This document shows, in pieces, positions 20,824 through 33,687 of a DNA stretch of 64,000 bases. The stretch comes from Antedon mediterranea (Eukaryota > Animalia > Echinodermata): positions 12,028,001-12,092,000 of the forward strand of contig NC_092671.1 of the NCBI RefSeq assembly GCF_964355755.1, written 5' to 3'. How positions within the stretch are numbered: the first letter of the stretch is position 1; every line of letters begins with the position of its first letter. The notes below the pieces were generated by a model that was given only the letters and a program-made list of their open reading frames with translations, searched no databases and was not told the origin of the DNA. The translations under genes and the position numbers were made by a program.

Positions 20824-23320
20824 GAATTCGATCCAACTCTGTCCTAAACCGTCTCGACCAAAGTCAAGTCGGCCCCAAGTCAAGTCGGCCCCAAGTCAAG
20901 TCGGCCCCACGTCAACTCGGCCTCAAGTCAACTCGGCCTCACGTCAACTCGGCCAAAATCTAATCCGTCAACTCGGCCTCTAAAAACTTTTGAACTCAAA
21001 AAGTGCTAATATAGTAGTTAATATTATAATGGCAAGATAAACATCACAGTACGGTTAGGACTAGGGCCTACATAATAGACGAAATAAATGGAAAATTCAA
21101 TATAAATTATAACATACTGGGCCTGATCATTTTTCGTTTAATTGATAGGTAGTAGTTATTTATATTGTTTGAAAAAAATAAATATTTCTTCACATTTAGT
21201 ATACAGAAATAACTGTCAAAGACATTTTAATGAATAATATTTAAACAATATACTTCGGTCTGCAACTGTATATATACATCAATATAAAAAGAATAAAATA
21301 ACATTAAAATCATAACAAATCAAAAGGCAAGAATACAAATTGTATAAGCATTATGGGTATAGGTTACATGCACACACACCCAGACATGAATGTGCATTAT
21401 TTACAAATAGGCCTTACCGTTTTTTTGTATGACATTTTTATTTTCATTTCGTTTCTACTTCATAATTAATCATAATTAATACGGTACACCATGGGAAGAG
21501 AGAAATTTGCTTCCATGACAGTCCATGTTGTTATTTCTCTTAATTTTAAGGTATTGTTATTCCAAACAAAGTATCACATGATGACTGACGTTTGTATATA
21601 AGTGTTATTTGGCTACTGTATATTCTCATGACTAAAGGGGCATTCACACCTGTTTTGTTTCACGGAACGGAGAACGGCACCATTTTGTTAGAAAATCAAA
21701 AAGCGTTAAAACAATAGCAGCGTTTACACCAAATCTGTTCCGTGAAAAATGAACGGCCGGTGAAAAACAACGGAACTGACAGATCGCTCATAACTTGATA
21801 GAAACGGAACGGAAACGAAACACGGTCTACTTTGACCAATCATAACCCGTTTCGTAGTTTATTATGTCAAGGGTCATGAAGTTAAAAAATGTGGCGGGAA
21901 TTGGAGAGACCTCTGATCGCGAGGGGATGTGATTGTGATTTTAATGTATTAAATTACAGATTCATGGAATTTGTCATGGTGTGTGTTGTTACTATCATCG
22001 GGAATCTTGTGTCCCGTTTTGTAATATCATTTTTAATTAAACTGACAAGATGACCGTATTGGTAAAGCGTCATTCTAAAATAATTGAAGAATTCGTCTTC
22101 ATTGGTCGCCAGTTACGTTTTACCAATGTTTCAAATTGACCAAATTTCTTTCTTTCGGAACAGATCTCGTTTACCCATTTCTTTTCCTTCTTTTGGCTAA
22201 AATTATAGCGGAAAGAATAATTTCTTCCTCACTATCATCCGATGACCATCCAGAAACGGCTGACATTTTAACGTTTGCCCATTGTCACGGAATACGTCAC
22301 AAAACGGAACAGGTGTGAATGTTTACAACGGAACGGCGAGCGGGCGCGCGTCACGTTGAAAAAAAACGGCACCGTCTTCCGTTCCGCGAAACGGAACAGG
22401 TACTGTGGGAATGCTCCTTTAGGTGATCAATTTTATTGAACAATACAGGGCGCGGTGGGTGTTAAAAAAACAGATGAGAATGCTAAGGCAATAGTATGTT
22501 GTTTAGGAATTCCGTTGTTTAGGACTCAAACAAGATGTTTTAGTTTTTGCTTGACAAAATAAAATTACGCCATTATATCATGATGATTTCTTCAGTGTGT
22601 TTTAGATTAGTTTTTATGCTTGACAAAATAAAAATACACCATTTTTTCCATGATGATTTCTTCAGTGTGTTTTAGATTAATTTCCCATACATAAAATGTA
22701 TTCATTGAATTCTCCATTATAATCAAATCACAAAAGTAATAAAAACAATTTGAATAGCGCACAATTACAATAGAACTTTAACATGACAGAACATTTCGAA
22801 TTTGTTTCCATAATCTCTTCGGTAGTTTGATTGACATCGTCATTGTACCCCAAAAAAAATAAATGTGTGAAAGAATTTGTAACTGTAATATACCATTTTA
22901 TTGTCACACATATTATAGTTATTCACTTTGACCGTAACATATTGCTAATAATTTGAGAGAGAATATATACACAAAAAAACATTTTTATTTTACTGTATTA
23001 ATCTAATAATATCTATATAATAATAATAGGCCTTCTAATAATATTTCGATTCTTTCTGGGAACATCCTTGTATCAAAAAATAGGTCTAACAAACATTTAA
23101 ACAATTTACATTGAAATTTCGGTTTTATTTCGTCTATTATGTAGCCATAACCATACTATATCCTGCCATTGTAATAAATGAACTACTATATTAGCACTTT
23201 TTGCGTTCCTTACTTTTTAGAGGCCGAGTTGACGTGAGGCCGAGTTGACTTGAGGCCGACTTGACTTGGGGCCGACTTGACTTTGGCCGAGACGGTTTAG
23301 GGCCGAGTTGACCTGCACCC
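20824..23320. mobile_element. Foldback/MULE-like element with long, internally repetitive TIRs
   Basis: ~250-bp imperfect TIRs containing (GTCAASTCGGCCCCAA)n; 8-bp TSD TTATGAAG at 20816-23 and 23321-28. Confidence 0.75.
21635..22419 (-). mobile_element. Harbinger deletion derivative with transposase N-terminal remnant
   Basis: TIR AGGGGCATTCACAC/GTGGGAATGCTCCT; minus-strand MSAVSGWSSDDSEEE..RRKRKWVNEI..RKKFGQFETLV..FFNYFRM (~21975-22267). Confidence 0.7.
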
Positions 23321-23592
23321 TTATGAAGTCTTAAAAAAACTGAGAAATATAAAGCCAGAATCTGTACAAATATCCAAGGATCGAACAAAAACTGAGAGAG
23401 AGAAGTATAAGGCACTTAGAAAAAAACTTCGTAATTAGAAACTATAAAATAGTTCATCATAGTTTTCGGACCACTGACAGAGCCGAGTAGAAGAAATTTA
23501 AAACTACAGAAAAATTTAAGTTTAAATGTTTCAAGTACCACAAGAATAAATAACATTACGTTCATGTATACTAACTGCGACTCAATTCTAAA

Positions 23593-25660
23593 CTAGATTT
23601 GAACTCGTCACTACGGACGAGTTAGGTTATCCACAGCGCAAACACCAAGTGCACGTCATACGTTAGAATATTGCGCACAGAAAAACGATTATGCCATTGA
23701 AAAAACGTTAGTGTGCTCTCTATTTTGTGTCACGTCTAAGTATATACAGTATATACTATATACAGTATACGTACTACATACAGTGCAGAATAGGTGAAAA
23801 TAAGTGACCAAAGTTATTGACGCTTTTGAACATGATGACGTCATCACAATTTTAAAAATGGTGAATCATGCGAAAGAGAATTGATTAACTTAGACAATAC
23901 AAAAAAATGGGAGAAAATGGAATACGGATAAGTGGAGATGTGCTCTATTTAATGTGATGAGCTATGACGAAAGATACAAAAATCCTATATTTTATATTCA
24001 AGTGGCCATACGATGACGTCACAATGTCCGGTTAGCCATATTCATGCATGATTTGATATCTACAACTCATCTACTTCCACGCGTGGGAATTTTTGAAATG
24101 CTCAAAATGACATGAAACGCGTAGAAAGTTGATTAGAAATTGATATTTCGCATATTGAAATTACGCGCGTAACTTTCTGTAAAACATGCCATTTTTAATC
24201 CATAGAAAGTTTGCGCATGATATCAATTAAATTTTTGCCAAGTTCCAATTTAAATTTTGCACACAGAAAAATATTGGCATTATAACCTGAACTGAAGAAT
24301 ATGATGTGTTGTTAGTGCTGAATGCTGTATATTTTGTGTCATATAGTATACACAGTATAATCTGTATACATATCACAAACAGTGTAAAATAGGTGAAATA
24401 ACGGGACCCGTATTTTATTCCAATTTTAACATGTTGACGGTTTCAAAATGAAACGCGAAGGTAGTAATTTCGGTAATTATCTCAGCAACAACATATTAAC
24501 GTTTAGAAGAAATTTGAATACGTGAAATATTGATGCGTGCTCTTTTAAATGTAATGAACTATGACGCAAAAGATGAAAATACGACTTTGTTTATTTAACT
24601 GGCCATATGATGACGTCACAACATCTGATTGGGGAAAAGTTCACATGATTTCGTATCTACAATCCCATAGCTTCCTGAAAACGTTTTAATCGTGATTATC
24701 ACATTTTATTCTTACGAGCTATAACAGATTAAAATTTACTGTAAAGATGAAATTAATGATTCTGTTAATTGAAATTTTTAGGCGTATTGACGTAATAAAA
24801 ATTACAATATTTTTAACTCATGCGTAAGATAGTTTGACCAAGACAATATTATCTCGGAGAAAAATGAATACAGATAGGCGTGATGCGTTCCATTGAATAT
24901 GATGAGCAATAACGAAAGAGACAAAAATCCTATATTTTACATTCGTGTGGCCATACGATGATGTCACAATGTCCGGTTAGCCATATTGATTCATGATCCG
25001 ATATCTACAACTCATCAACTTCCAGAGTATGTAATTAAAAAAAAGTTCACCTCGTTGTTTACAATCTATGACTGTTTAAAAAAAGGCATAATTTTGACGA
25101 ATTTTTGAACTTTTTCAATAAAAACGCGCGCAAATTGTACAATTTGACGTGGTAAATTTACTATAAAAGGCTGGAAAAATATAATTAAAATATGTTTTTA
25201 GCGCTACGTGCACACCGCGCGTGTAAAATTTTTCGCTTGCGTGGACATTTTTGACATTCTCAAAATGTCATGATCAGCGTAGAAAGTTGATTAGAAATTA
25301 ATTTTGCGCACTTTGAAATTTTAAATGCGCGTGCACGCGTAACTTCTTGTAAAACATGTCCTTTTTTATCTACAAAAAGTTTGCTCTTGATATGACTGAA
25401 ATTTTCACAAAGTGTAAAAAAAAAATTAGGCTTGGTTTTGAATCTATGATCAATATAAAAAAAATCATAAAATCACGCGTAAGTCACGTTGCGTAACTAT
25501 GACGTCATTTAAAAATAGGAGGTGCACAACTTCACGTAAATGCACATATGTTGACAAAGTTATGACATGTTATGTTTACACGTTTTAGAGAAACACGACG
25601 CACAAAAATGACAGAAGGAAAGAAGCACTAGACATGAAACTCGTCACTTTGACGAGTTAG
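23593..25660. mobile_element. Helitron/Helentron-type non-autonomous element, family B
   Basis: Terminal ACTAG plus hairpin AACTCGTC..GACGAGTT at 23593 and 25628; internal duplication; body homologous to 40560-41475. Confidence 0.55.
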
Positions 25661-26046
25661 TCAGGTTTTACTAAATGTAACAATGAGGATTTTTTTAGGT
25701 TAACCACTGAATCTAGAAAAAGAGGACACTTAATTAGTAAACCTCATACTCACTTAAGGATACAGCAGAAATTTTTAACAAACTCTATTATCGACACATG
25801 GAACAGGATGTAATAGAAGCTGCAAATGTTAATCAATTTAAAAACCGACTAGAAAAGTTTTGGAAACACCACCCACTAAACTTTTCCCCATATGATAGAA
25901 CATAGAATATACCGGAGGGACACACAAGCATTGCTTTAGATTTCCAAGATCAAGGTAAATCAAGGTAAAATTATATATTTAACTAAAAACAATAAAAATT
26001 AAACATGTACAATTTAAACTAATAAGTTTAACTAACTAATAACTAA

Positions 26047-27865
26047 TTAATTACGGCTAGTAACGCGACTGGCAGCCAACAATAATGCCCTAGCGGTTCG
26101 TGTTCCTCTTGTCCCACAGCAGGTTAAGGCGGACCGTTGCGCGTGCAGCATGGCGTGATTGATCGTGTAGGTTATCCTCCCTGCCGACCAAATCTGCATG
26201 AATCGCAACTGTCCGTCCTTCATCCAATAGCAGCTTACAAAGTAAGTAGAAGTGTAGATTAGCTGCAGATAATAAAAAAACAATTAAAAATTACATAAGA
26301 TCAACAAATAAACACACAAAACGACAAAATGAATGTTTGAAGTTATTCTTACATTTCTTTGCTCTTTAGTTAAGGCGTTGGTGATACCGTACCCTTCTAC
26401 ATCATTATTTGTCATTTTTTGCTGCCGAAACACACTCCAATCCATAGGCGTAAACACATCTCCATTAATCCAATAGTTTCGCATGTACGTCGTCATCGCC
26501 AATATGAGTGGTGAGTTGCCTGCAACTTGTTCCAGCAGGTACATGCTCCAATGGCAAAACCGGTAAGGCTATCAGTTTTTAGACTTAGAGTCTGGTATTT
26601 GGTTCCCTCATGTAGGCGCGTTGAAGGCCAACTTCTTGGACCTTGCGAAAGATAGCCTAAGAAAAAAATAAGAAAACATGCATAACATAACATTAGTTCA
26701 GCGTTTACTTTTTGGTGCAGCATAGTTAAAAAAAAAGCAACACAAGAGAATAAACATAATTATTACAACATTCGTAATTTTTAAAATCTTTTTAGGAATA
26801 ATATCTGGATGCGTTCTACGTATATATCCGAAAGTGTAAAGAAATTGCAAATTAGATGCACCATCTAAAAATAAAAAGAATGATTAGATGGGAGGAACAA
26901 CATAGGACAATGAGTATACTTACCAGACTCTGGAATGATCAAGCATTACCATTCTGTCAGTTGCTAGCAATATATGACGGCCACATCAATCACAACATTG
27001 TCTCGCAAAAACCCATCGCCGATATGTTGTTTGTGAAGAACTAAGTTGAGGTTTGGTGGATGTCGAGGTCTGGATAGTTTTCTTTTCTGGTTTGCCTGCC
27101 TTTGGTAAGGTCGGATGTAGTTCAACTTGTCCCACACCAATATCATCTCGCATAACCCTGTCCACAATCTCTGCAGCAGACTCAAATGGCCGTTCCATAG
27201 CTTTTCTCTTGACATCCCGTCGAACAGTCGCCACTTTCCCACGTCCTACAAAAAAAGAAATATGATTTGATTAGTAAATGGGGTTTTTTTTTCCGTATAT
27301 TATTACTATCTTTCGTACTATACCAGAATATATATTTAATAAAATATAGAATATCAAAGATGACATAAAAATAAAATAAGTTGTTTTTCGTATGTCTAAG
27401 TGTCATAATTTGAATAAATTAATTAAGTTACATACTATAGAATGTCAAACATGACATAAAAATAAATTAATTTGTTTTACGGATTGAATTTTGTTTTTCG
27501 TATGTCTAAGTGTCATAATTTGAATAAATTAATTAAGTTACATACTATAGAATGTCAAATATGACATAAAAATAAATTAATTTGTTTTACGGATTGAATT
27601 TTGTTTTTTTGTATTTCGAAGTGTCGTAATTTGAATAAATTAATTAAGTTATATAGAATTAATAATAATAATGACGTACCTAGTCCCATACCACAGATGT
27701 GGTCATGTATGGATCCTCCAGTGTATTCTCCATCCTTCTCAAGTACAGTTGCTTTGCAAGTCACTGCCCTAGTCCGAAGACAACCGTATCGTCACGTTGT
27801 ATTAGCACGTCGTTTATCAACCTTTTTGCAGTATTGGTAGCCGAGACTGTCCACCAAGGTGTCCT
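26047..27865 (-). pseudogene. FLYWCH/MULE transposase remnant with introns
   Basis: LVDSLGYQY..CKATVLEKDGEY..HDHIC (FLYWCH-like); YMRNYWI..WSVFRQ..TNNDVEGY (MULE C-terminal motif). Confidence 0.7.
27345..27660. repeat. ~120-bp tandem repeat, about 3 copies, in a transposase intron
   Basis: TATAGAATGTCAAA...TAATTAAGTTA repeated. Confidence 0.8.
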
Positions 27866-30800
27866 TTTTTTTCAAATTCAAATTCAAATAAACATTTATT
27901 TCTTTCATTCATATTTGAGTAAAAAAACATTATAATTTCTGATATTTTATAAATAAATCTATTTTTTTTTTTTTTTTTTTAGAGATATAATACAGTAAAT
28001 CATAATGTATAAAAAGATGATTCAGTTATATACAAAATGAAAGAGGCAAAAAAACCCAAGAAAGTATCGATCAATTGGAAAAAAAAAAATCCAATTGAAA
28101 CTTGTATGTTGGGAAGCCATGTAAGAAGATTATATACTTATATATATAAATGTAAACATATAACTACACAAACACATATAGATCAACAGACACACACACA
28201 CACCAACAGTAAAGGAAGCAATTTCGAAAAAGTTTCTAAAGTTAAAAAAATATTACAAAATAGAGAAAACAATTAGTTATAATTTGAAATAAGATATTCT
28301 TTAAGTTTAAAAGAGAACATTTTGCTAGAAGACGATGATGAAATTTCGGGAGGTAGATTATTGAATAGTTTAGAACCACTATAGCGAATGTTATGTTTCA
28401 TTTTAGTTAGTTTAGGTTGAGGAAGAGGAAGGTCCCGTGATGCTCTTGTGTTATACGAATGGATTTCAGAGTTAGTTAACAAATTACAGGAAAAGTTAGA
28501 AGGCAGTTTGGAATTAATATGTTCATAAACGAAAATGCATTGTTGGAGTTTATTAATATCGTGCACAGTTAAGAGTTTAAGATTATAAAAAAGGATATTA
28601 GTATGAGCAAGACGTGAGTTACCCGAGATAAGACGAACAGCTTTCTTTTGAAGGACGTGTATTTTATTAAGATTTGAAGGGTAATTATTGGCCCATACAA
28701 TGTTACAGTAACTAATGAAAGGCAGAATAAAGGAACAGTAAATATTGCGTAAAATTTGAGACGGTAAAAAGGAAGACAGACGATAAAGTATGCCAATGTT
28801 TTTAGAAATTTTTAATTCAATTTCTTTTATATGATTTTTAAAATTTAGCTCTTGGTCAATTAAAACACCTAGAAATTTGGTTTGCTTAACATGGGGAATT
28901 ACTTGATCACCAATCAGAATTTTATGAGACTCGTCGGTCAGTTTTTGATGACGTATTCCAAACAACATAAAGTTGCATTTACTTAGGTTTATTGAAAGTT
29001 TATTCACATTAAAATAATCGTTAATATTAATTAATTCTTGGTTAAAAGTATGAAAAATTGTTTGAAAGTTAACACTTTTATAAAATAAAGTCGTGTCATC
29101 TGCATAAAGATAAAAGGTAAGGATATCTGAGGCGTTTGGTAAATCATTGATGTAAATTAGAAATAAAAGAGGGCCAAGCAAGGACCCTTGGGGAACACCA
29201 CAGGTAATGGGCTTAAGATCAGAGGTATGATTGTTAACAGAAGTACATTGAAATCTATTTGATAAGTAATTGTTTAAACGTTTAAGAGCAACACCACGGA
29301 TACCATAATTTGAAAGTTTAGTAATCAGAATATGATGGTCAATAGTATCAAAAGCTTTCGACAGGTCAATAAACAAGCCAGAGGGAAAAAAATTGTTTTG
29401 AATTGCATCAATAATGTTGTTGGTTAAATCAATTAGCGCAAAAGACGTAGAATAGTTTTTCCTAAATCCGAATTGTTTATTATAAAGAATGTTGTGCTTG
29501 CTTATAAAATCATAGACGCGGTTATAAATAATCTTTTCAAGAATCTTTGAAAAAAAGGGAAGGATGGAGATTGGACGATAGTTATTTGGATCGGACTTGC
29601 TACCTTTCTTGAAAATTGGAATAACTTTACCAATTTTTAGGGAGTTGGGAAAAACACCAGATGTAAGAGATAAATTAAAAATGTAAGTGAGAGGAGAGAG
29701 AATAGTGTCAATGGATTTTTTAATAACTTTAGCACAAATGTCATCGATGCCAGAGGCCTTGTTGCTTTTAAATGAATTTGTGATTTTGTGCACTTCTTGT
29801 TCGGTTACAGGTGAAAGAAAAATTGAGTTAGGAATAGGGGAATGTAAGAAGTGATGAAAAGTTTTATCAGAGTCATTGTTTATTTTTCCAGCAAGGTTGG
29901 GTCCAATATTTGTAAAGTGGTCATTGAATAGATTTGCTACTATTAAAGGTGCTTTTAATAATTTTCCATCAGCTAAAAGTTCAATATCGGCAGGTGCATT
30001 TTTATTTGACTTAAGAAGAGAATTGATGACACGCCAGGTGGCCTTGATATTGAACTTAAGCTTAGTAAAAGTTTCACAAAAGTAATCCAATTTAGCAGTT
30101 TTTAAAAGGTTGTATAATTTATTTCGATAACGCTTATATTTGGATATATTAGAAAGTGTTGGATGGCGTAGACTTTTAGAATAAAGTTTCTGTTTGTACA
30201 AAATCGAGGTCAAAAGTCCATCGGTCATCCATGGTTTAAGTTTAACTTTAGCTTTGGATGGTTCAATTAAAGGAAAGTGTTTATTATATAAGGTGGTAAA
30301 ATTATTAATAAATGTGTCATATGCCAGATTTGTGTCTTGCGTACTCACGACATCATTCCATGGAAAATTTGATAAATCATTACAAAAATTAAGGATATTG
30401 TGTTCACTAGTATTTCTAAATTTAAGATTGGTATTGATTTCTCGCTTACTCGGTTTATTTGAACTGATGTTAAAAACAGGAAGATGATCTGTAGCATCAT
30501 TAATAATGATACCACTAACAGACGATTCAAGATCATTAGTGAAAATGTTGTCAATTAGGGTAGCAGAATGTTCGGTGATGCGTGTCGGTCTATGAATAAG
30601 CGAAATGAGAGAATTGTTGAAAAGACAATGAACAAAATCATTAATATTGTTATCAGATTCAAATTTGAGTAAGTCAATGTTAAAATCACCGAGGAGAAAT
30701 ATTTTTTTATTTTCTTTCGTTAAGTTTTTAATAAGGAGTTCAAAGTTCTGCGTAAAGAAAGGAATAGAAATGTCATGGGGTCTATATATAGTTCCGATTA

Positions 30801-32357
30801 TTATATCTTCTTTTCCGGTTTTAACTTCAATAAACTGAGATTCACAAAAATAGGTTAAAGGAGTTAAGTTATCTCTAATTTTATAATGACACTTATTATT
30901 GATAAAAATATTGATACCTCCGCATTTATATGAACGGGGTTTGAAAACTAGTGAATAAAAATGGTAAATGAATAAGTGGACTAACACAGTCCATCCAAGT
31001 TTCAGTTACCGAAATGACATCAAAGTCAAAATTAAGAGATTGAATGCAACTTGAAATAGATTCAAAGTTTTTTTGTAAGCTTCTAGCATTAAAATGTATA
31101 CAAGAGAAACGATTTTCAAATTCATTGTTATTGAATTTCTTTGTGAATTCATTTGGTAAATAGTAATTAGAAATATTTTGATCATTAAAAAAATTATTGT
31201 CCGGGTCGATGTCGTCAAATTGACTAGCAGTTGATGAGGGTTTAAATAGATGGTTTGATAATCGATTTAAATTATCATTGTTACTGAAAGTTGGTGCTTC
31301 CATATAAGACAAAAACACAAAAAAACACAGACAAAACACAGAACAAATACAAATTAAGAGTTTAGAAAAATTGAGGTATAGTAAGTAACGTGCTTAAGCG
31401 TAAAATGTAATTTTAAACTGCTCAAAACAGAGTCTCTTTATGTATAACTATGAATCAATTGATAAAGTTAGTCAGTTGTAACATACATACATATAAACAC
31501 ACACATATACATATATATATATATACATATACATACATACATTATATATACATACATATATACATATATATATAAATCATCATACTGTCAATTATAAAAA
31601 CAGTGCTGATAGTCGGAACAAGGTCTCATAATCGCGTCGAGCAAAGCTCGAAAGTTCCGTATTATAATATATACACATACACACATACACACATAAATAC
31701 ATCTTCATACACAATAAGCACATGCATTTTAGAACTCTGTGCCTGAGATGATAAAATTTAATTAAATGATTTAAATTCAATGCATTTAATGTATGGGGAA
31801 TAAAATAATGATGAAGTCAGCATAGAGACACTAAATGTGATAAGTATGTGATGGAATAGCAAGATAATAACAATAGTAACTAATTCCGCAATGGTATAAA
31901 TATACACGTGAAAAATGGTTTAATCAGAAGTGTTAATTTGGAACTGAAAAAACAGCAGATTAAACGATTATAATAAAGTATATCAATAACTATAGTAATA
32001 AGAATAATAATACAATAGTTTAAAATTAAGATTTGCCAATGTCAGAAATAGAAAGTATAGGAGTTACAACTTCCCTGCCATTCTTCAAGATGGTTGCAAA
32101 AATACGTCCATCAATCGACCAAACACTGTTTGTATTCTGATGTTGCTTCAATTGAGCCAGAAGATTGCGTCTTTTTAGGGTAAGATCCTCTTGGATAGAT
32201 ATCCCAGAGCCTTTTAATTTCCTTCTCACTGTTATAACGTTTCTTCGACTTCTATATGTGGTAAACTTTACAATAATTGGCCTAGGTCGACGTGCTTTAG
32301 CATTCTTTCGTCCTGTTCGGTGTGAGCGGTCAATGTCGTGTAAGTTGATGTTTACAC
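27866..32357 (-). mobile_element. L2/Crack-type LINE, 5'-truncated in ORF1, ORF2 nearly intact
   Basis: ORF1 end HRTG..RPIIVKF..IQEDLT..WSIDGRIF; ORF2 with APE and RT; 3' tail AATAAA..(TTTGAA)3 A-run. Confidence 0.88.
28273..31303 (-). CDS. LINE ORF2, AP endonuclease + reverse transcriptase (one frameshift near 30960)
   Basis: HFNARSL, VTETW, GDFN, TDHLPV, YRPISIL, FIDLSKAFD, GVPQGS, YADD; 904-aa open frame. Confidence 0.88.
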
Positions 32358-32683
32358 CCTGTATAGATAATTAACATAGGATACAGTCAAAAAGGATATT
32401 AAACATTTTTTGCTATTGTTATTTTTATTTCATTCGGGAAATTCACCCAACTTTAATAACCATTCAGGCCGCCGGCCTATAACGGTTTTAAACAATATGT
32501 TTTATTTTACAATAGCTAGTTTAGATTATAAAATGATTCCAATGGAAATAAGCTTTTAAGTGAGTTTGTTTGTAAATACTGTACTAACAAAACATGAAAA
32601 CTTAAAACGATTTGGATTAACCCAAATATAATATACAGTTTGATTTTAATTTAGTTTAGATGTTCCTTATAAAACCGTATCTG

Positions 32684-32965
32684 TTATGTCTGCATCAACG
32701 GCAACCGGATTTGGTTCAGGAAATGGGTTGATGTCAATCTCATTTTCAACGTGTGTACAACCGGCTCATTGAAATAGCCAATGTCACCAGCATACATGTC
32801 GACATCATCAGGTTGGTCACAATCTCTGCAATTCCACTCAATATACCGATCTCTCACACCTCGCAAATACTCTGCTCTCGTCACTCCGGTTCACCGATCA
32901 CAGGTATCGCATAACATACCTTCTTCATTCTCTCTTACAGGTTGCTGGCAGTCTATACATTCGTA
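32684..32965 (-). pseudogene. PHD-finger exon, likely the N-terminus of the MULE gene at 26047-27865
   Basis: CIDCQQPV..MLCDTCDR..EWNCRDC. Same strand as the MULE remnant and separated from it mainly by the LINE. Confidence 0.55.
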
Positions 32966-33687
32966 CATTTTGATAACAGTATTGGAAGTAATGTGGATTT
33001 TACAAAATTGCTGACTTTATATGGACATAAAGACTCGCGTGCGTGATTTTTGTGCAATAATAGACCTGTACACAAAGAAATTGAAGACGAATATGTTACC
33101 GCAGAGTGATAATGCGCGCAACATCAAGCACAACTTTGAGACAATACATGCAACTTTAGACAATATTTCTGTTGTAATTTGCGTTGCTTTATTGAAAACA
33201 CAAACAGTCCAACCATCGAAACTTTATTTGAATTGTTATTACGTTGAAATGATAAATCTACAAACAAATATTACTATGACATGAACACTTTACATAATAT
33301 TACTTATAAAACAACCACGCCTGGGCAGAAACCGGGATAGAAATGTAATGGCCAATGAAATACATTTGCCACGCAAACGTAAATTAATAATGCAATACTG
33401 TACAAAGACGTAAATTATAATGAAATATTAAGATTCGATGTAAATTACAATATAAGATTCGACTCGCATGTAAATTAATAATAAAATTTATATTGATCTA
33501 ATGCAAACAATACTGTATAAATACAATAGAGATGTAATCATGTAAATTAATAATAAAATACAAATAGCGAACGCAAGTATTAATAATTTATATACAGATT
33601 CGATAGTACATGATTTTTGGCCTATATTCATGCCATACTTTATTTGTTCGACCATACTCCTTTCTGTACGCCATAGGCCATGGCGTT

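Larger units (their letters stand above)
20634..25968 (+). mobile_element. Heavily deleted CR1-type LINE (ORF1 remnant, endonuclease start, 3' end) split by two insertions
   Basis: ORF1 VYRLGK..RPLKVEM resumes at 23321 (ISKDRTKTERE); FMYTNCDS at ~23560; NVNQFKNRLEKFW at ~25826; tail (CAAGGTAAAT)2. Confidence 0.65.
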
